DNA of 64,000 bases. Source: Escherichia phage Ecwhy_1. The DNA is taken from sequence record MH791411.1, one strand, 5' to 3'. Position numbers and translations under genes: made by a program. This document shows positions 61,042-64,000 of the stretch, piece after piece. How positions within the stretch are numbered: position 1 is the stretch's first letter; every line of letters begins with the position of its first letter. A model generated the notes under the pieces. The model did not search any database, was not told where the DNA came from, and saw nothing but the letters and a program-made list of their open reading frames with translations.

Positions 61042-64000
61042 ATGTACTCGATTAAAACGGATCTTGATGTATCTGGTAATTCCACGGTAGGTAAGGATCT
61101 TTTGGTCAAAGGTAATGCAGTATTCAGTAATGACCTAACGGTTAATGGGGAAGTGTCTTTTGCTAACGCAGTATTCACTGCAATTACCGCTGGTTCTGTG
61201 AATGTCACAGGTGCATTGGATGTTGCTGGTAAGGCAACCTTATCCGGTGGTGCTGATGTTTCAGGTGCTGCGACATTTGCAGGAAACATTACTGCTGCTG
61301 GCGGCACAACTGCAAAATTTGATAACTTAGAAGCTAATTCAGGATCATTTGATTCTGTTGAATCAACTGATATTACTTCAACTGGCACAGCAACTTTTAA
61401 AGATGTAAACATTTCTGGTACACTTGGTGGTACTTTTAATCTTTCTGATATTAATGCTACAACACTTAATGTGTCTGGTGCTTCAGCACTAACTGGTTCA
61501 GTCACATTGGGTGCAAATATCACTGGTCTTGCAAGTACTGCAAACTTCCGTGATATTCGTATCGGGCCTAATGAAGCAGGTCAAGCATATAGACTAAACT
61601 TTGGTTACACCGTTCCAGGACAACGACCAACCGTTCTTCTACAGAACGAAGTTCAATCCGAACTAATGTCACCAGCTAAGTTGAATGTTCTACAAACTGC
61701 AACATTTGGTGATTCTTCACTTTCAACTTACGGTATTACAGGTAATGGTTTAAACAAATTAGATTATGTAACTATTTCTGGTAACGCAATTCAATCACCA
61801 ACCACTCCTTTACTTGAAGTAACTAAAGGTAAAACTAAAGTTGTTGATTTAGAAGTAACTGGTGTAGCAACTATTCCTAATATCGAAAGTTCTGGTACTG
61901 CAAACTTTAACAACATCAACGTATCTGGTACTATTGGTGGTAGTTTTGATTTAGATGATATCCAAGCAACAACATTATCAGTATCCGGTGCTTCAGCACT
62001 AACTGGTGCAGTTACATTGGGTGCAAACATCACTGGTCTAGCAAGTACTGCAACATTCAAAGCAATCAATTTGGGTCAAAATACCGCTGATGCTAACGTT
62101 AAGCTAGGTTTTGCATATACTGCACCTAGTGCACGTCCAACAGTCTTGTTAGCAAACGAAGTTCAATCTGAACTAATGTCTCCTGCTAAGTTGAACGTTC
62201 TACAAACTGCAACCTTCGGTTCTGCTGCACTATCTACCTATGGTATTACTGGTAATGGTCTAAACAAATTAGATTATCTAACAATTACTGGTAACGCAAC
62301 ACAAAACCCTGCTACTCCACAACTTCAAGTTGGTGGTAAAGCAATTCTTAATGATGTTGAATTTACAGGTACTGTAACTGGCCTAACTGTTGATGTGAGT
62401 GGACAAGATCTAACTCCTAAATCAGTAGTTGCTGCTGAAGCAATCAAAGGTCAAACTCTTGAATCAGTTGGTCAAACAACTGTAGGTTCATCTCTACAAG
62501 TTGGCGGTACTGCAACTGTTACTGGTGCATTATCTGCTGCCTCTGGTACTTTCAGTGGTGATGTTAGTGGTTCTAAAGGTATCTTCAGTGGTAGCGTATC
62601 CGGTACAAGTGCAACCTTTACTGGGGATGTTAGCGGTGATAACGCAACCTTTAGTGGCGATTTATCTGCTGTAGCTGGCACTTTCAGTGGTGATGTAACC
62701 GTAACTGGTCAAACAATCACTGTTAAAGACTTGGTAGTAACTGGAACTTCAACTGGTGTAACTGCAATCGCTGACGTTGACGGTCTTGATATTGCTCCAA
62801 ACAAAGTTGATGTTACAACAACTCTATCTGTTGCTGGTGAATCAACTCTTGCTGGTATTACAGCAACTTCAATCAATAGTACTGGTGCAATTGCAGGTAC
62901 TGCAATTTCTGGCTCTACTATTACAGCAACTGGTGAAATTTCTGGTGCATCATCTGTAGTAACTGGTCTTTCTAAATCTGGTAGCGTTGAAACTGGTGCT
63001 CTAAAGGCATCTTCTGTTGAAACTGCAATCATTAGCAACACTGCTGGTGTGTCAATAACAAACAACACTTCCATTGCAGGTAATCTATCTGTGACTGGAA
63101 CTGTTACCCCTGGTGCAATTGACCTAAGCACTACTGATATTGATGCTAAGTCCCTAACTACAACTGAAGGTGCTAACATTGGTGGTAACCTAGTTGTTGC
63201 AGGTACAGTTGATCTAAGTGCTGCTGACGTTGCTGTTAAATCTCTAACCAGTACTGGTGCAGTTATTAGTTCTGAAGGTACTGTAAGTAGTGTTCTACCT
63301 AAACTTTCCAGTACTGAAGCTAATATTACCACAGTAACTGCAACCACTGCAAATGCTACCACACTAAATGTAACTGGTACATCAACTCTAGCTGGTGTTA
63401 ACGCTTCTGGTGCTATTACTTCTGCAACTAACATTACCGCTACTGGTGTATTAAAAGGTGCATCTGTTGAAACTGCGTCAATCAGCAATGCTGATGGTGT
63501 AGCAATTAACAATAACACTACAATCACTGGTAATTTGGACGTATCTGGGACATTGACCCCTGGTGCAATTGACCTAAGCACTACTGATATTAGTTCTAAG
63601 TCTCTAACCACAACTGAAGGTGCTACAATTGGTGGCGATCTTGTGGTAGCAGGTACTGTTGACCTAAGTGCTGCTGATGTGTCTGTGAAATCTCTTGCAA
63701 GTGCAGAGACAATTACAAGTGCTGGTGTTATTACAGTTTCGGATACAGTGAATTCTAGCACTCTACCAAAACTAATTACTACTGATGCAACTATTGGTGC
63801 TGTCCATGCAGCTACTATTGAAACAACTGGTTCAAGTACACTAAAACAAGTATCTGCTACTGAAGTAACAGCTACAAGTATTGTACTAAATTCAGTTGGT
63901 GAAGGTTTACGTGTTGACAATAATGCAAACATTAATGGTATATTAAGTGTTAATAATATTACTTCTACCAATGATACTATTGCAATTGCGAAAAGTGCTG
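61042..64000 (+). CDS. second long tail fiber paralog, 5' partial (continues beyond the window)
   Basis: Not in the ORF track because no stop occurs before the window end; ATG at 61042 with GGAGGGG SD; N-terminus MYSIKTDLDVSGNSTVGKDLLVKGNAVF is nearly identical to the 55958 gene. Confidence 0.6.
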   Translation, partial: MYSIKTDLDVSGNSTVGKDLLVKGNAVFSNDLTVNGEVSFANAVFTAITAGSVNVTGALDVAGKATLSGGADVSGAATFAGNITAAGGTTAKFDNLEANSGSFDSVESTDITSTGTATFKDVNISGTLGGTFNLSDINATTLNVSGASALTGSVTLGANITGLASTANFRDIRIGPNEAGQAYRLNFGYTVPGQRPTVLLQNEVQSELMSPAKLNVLQTATFGDSSLSTYGITGNGLNKLDYVTISGNAIQSPTTPLLEVTKGKTKVVDLEVTGVATIPNIESSGTANFNNINVSGTIGGSFDLDDIQATTLSVSGASALTGAVTLGANITGLASTATFKAINLGQNTADANVKLGFAYTAPSARPTVLLANEVQSELMSPAKLNVLQTATFGSAALSTYGITGNGLNKLDYLTITGNATQNPATPQLQVGGKAILNDVEFTGTVTGLTVDVSGQDLTPKSVVAAEAIKGQTLESVGQTTVGSSLQVGGTATVTGALSAASGTFSGDVSGSKGIFSGSVSGTSATFTGDVSGDNATFSGDLSAVAGTFSGDVTVTGQTITVKDLVVTGTSTGVTAIADVDGLDIAPNKVDVTTTLSVAGESTLAGITATSINSTGAIAGTAISGSTITATGEISGASSVVTGLSKSGSVETGALKASSVETAIISNTAGVSITNNTSIAGNLSVTGTVTPGAIDLSTTDIDAKSLTTTEGANIGGNLVVAGTVDLSAADVAVKSLTSTGAVISSEGTVSSVLPKLSSTEANITTVTATTANATTLNVTGTSTLAGVNASGAITSATNITATGVLKGASVETASISNADGVAINNNTTITGNLDVSGTLTPGAIDLSTTDISSKSLTTTEGATIGGDLVVAGTVDLSAADVSVKSLASAETITSAGVITVSDTVNSSTLPKLITTDATIGAVHAATIETTGSSTLKQVSATEVTATSIVLNSVGEGLRVDNNANINGILSVNNITSTNDTIAIAKSA

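Noticed and set aside
56176-63971. Long minus-strand ORFs in the track (e.g. 56176..56658, 57685..58647, 59851..60687, 60969..61523, 62709..63971) rich in Val/Thr/Pro/Ala
   Set aside because: They lie antisense to the Thr/Gly/Ala-rich fiber genes and are the expected stop-free shadow of repetitive GGT/ACT/GCT codons; no SD or promoter context.
1-64000. CRISPR array or integrase/transposase-type mobile element
   Set aside because: No regularly spaced direct repeats and no recombinase or transposase motifs recognised; the only mobile-like genes are the T5orf172-type nucleases.

Overview
This window looks like a single bacteriophage genome segment, AT-rich, from a myovirus with a T4-type core but non-T4 gene order. 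Reading the six-frame translations, I recognise: a family B DNA polymerase (gp43-like); a head module on the minus strand (tape-measure-like protein, portal gp20, small core proteins, prohead protease gp21, scaffold gp22, major capsid protein gp23); the Mre11/Rad50-type pair gp47/gp46 and a gp55-like late sigma factor; a plus-strand baseplate module (LysM/gpX-like, hub-like, gp5-like spike with a C-terminal lysozyme domain, a free lysozyme, gp25-like, gp6-like, and a single 3333-aa ORF); a ClpA-family double-AAA+ ATPase under a near-consensus sigma70 promoter; neck/gp15-like proteins, a Nudix hydrolase, and several tailspike and fiber genes, including two tandem paralogous long-fiber genes, the second running off the window end. 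No rRNA, tRNA or CRISPR array was found by eye. Recurrent TATAAATA-type late-promoter motifs and hairpin-plus-T-run terminators are visible. The most unusual elements are the phage-borne ClpA homologue, the 10-kb ORF, a terminator-bounded cassette between polymerase and capsid genes carrying nuclease-like and extra fiber genes, an ~800-bp hairpin-rich non-coding island, and the duplicated lysozyme. All homology calls are from motif recognition and memory of the T4 proteins; no database search or computation was run.
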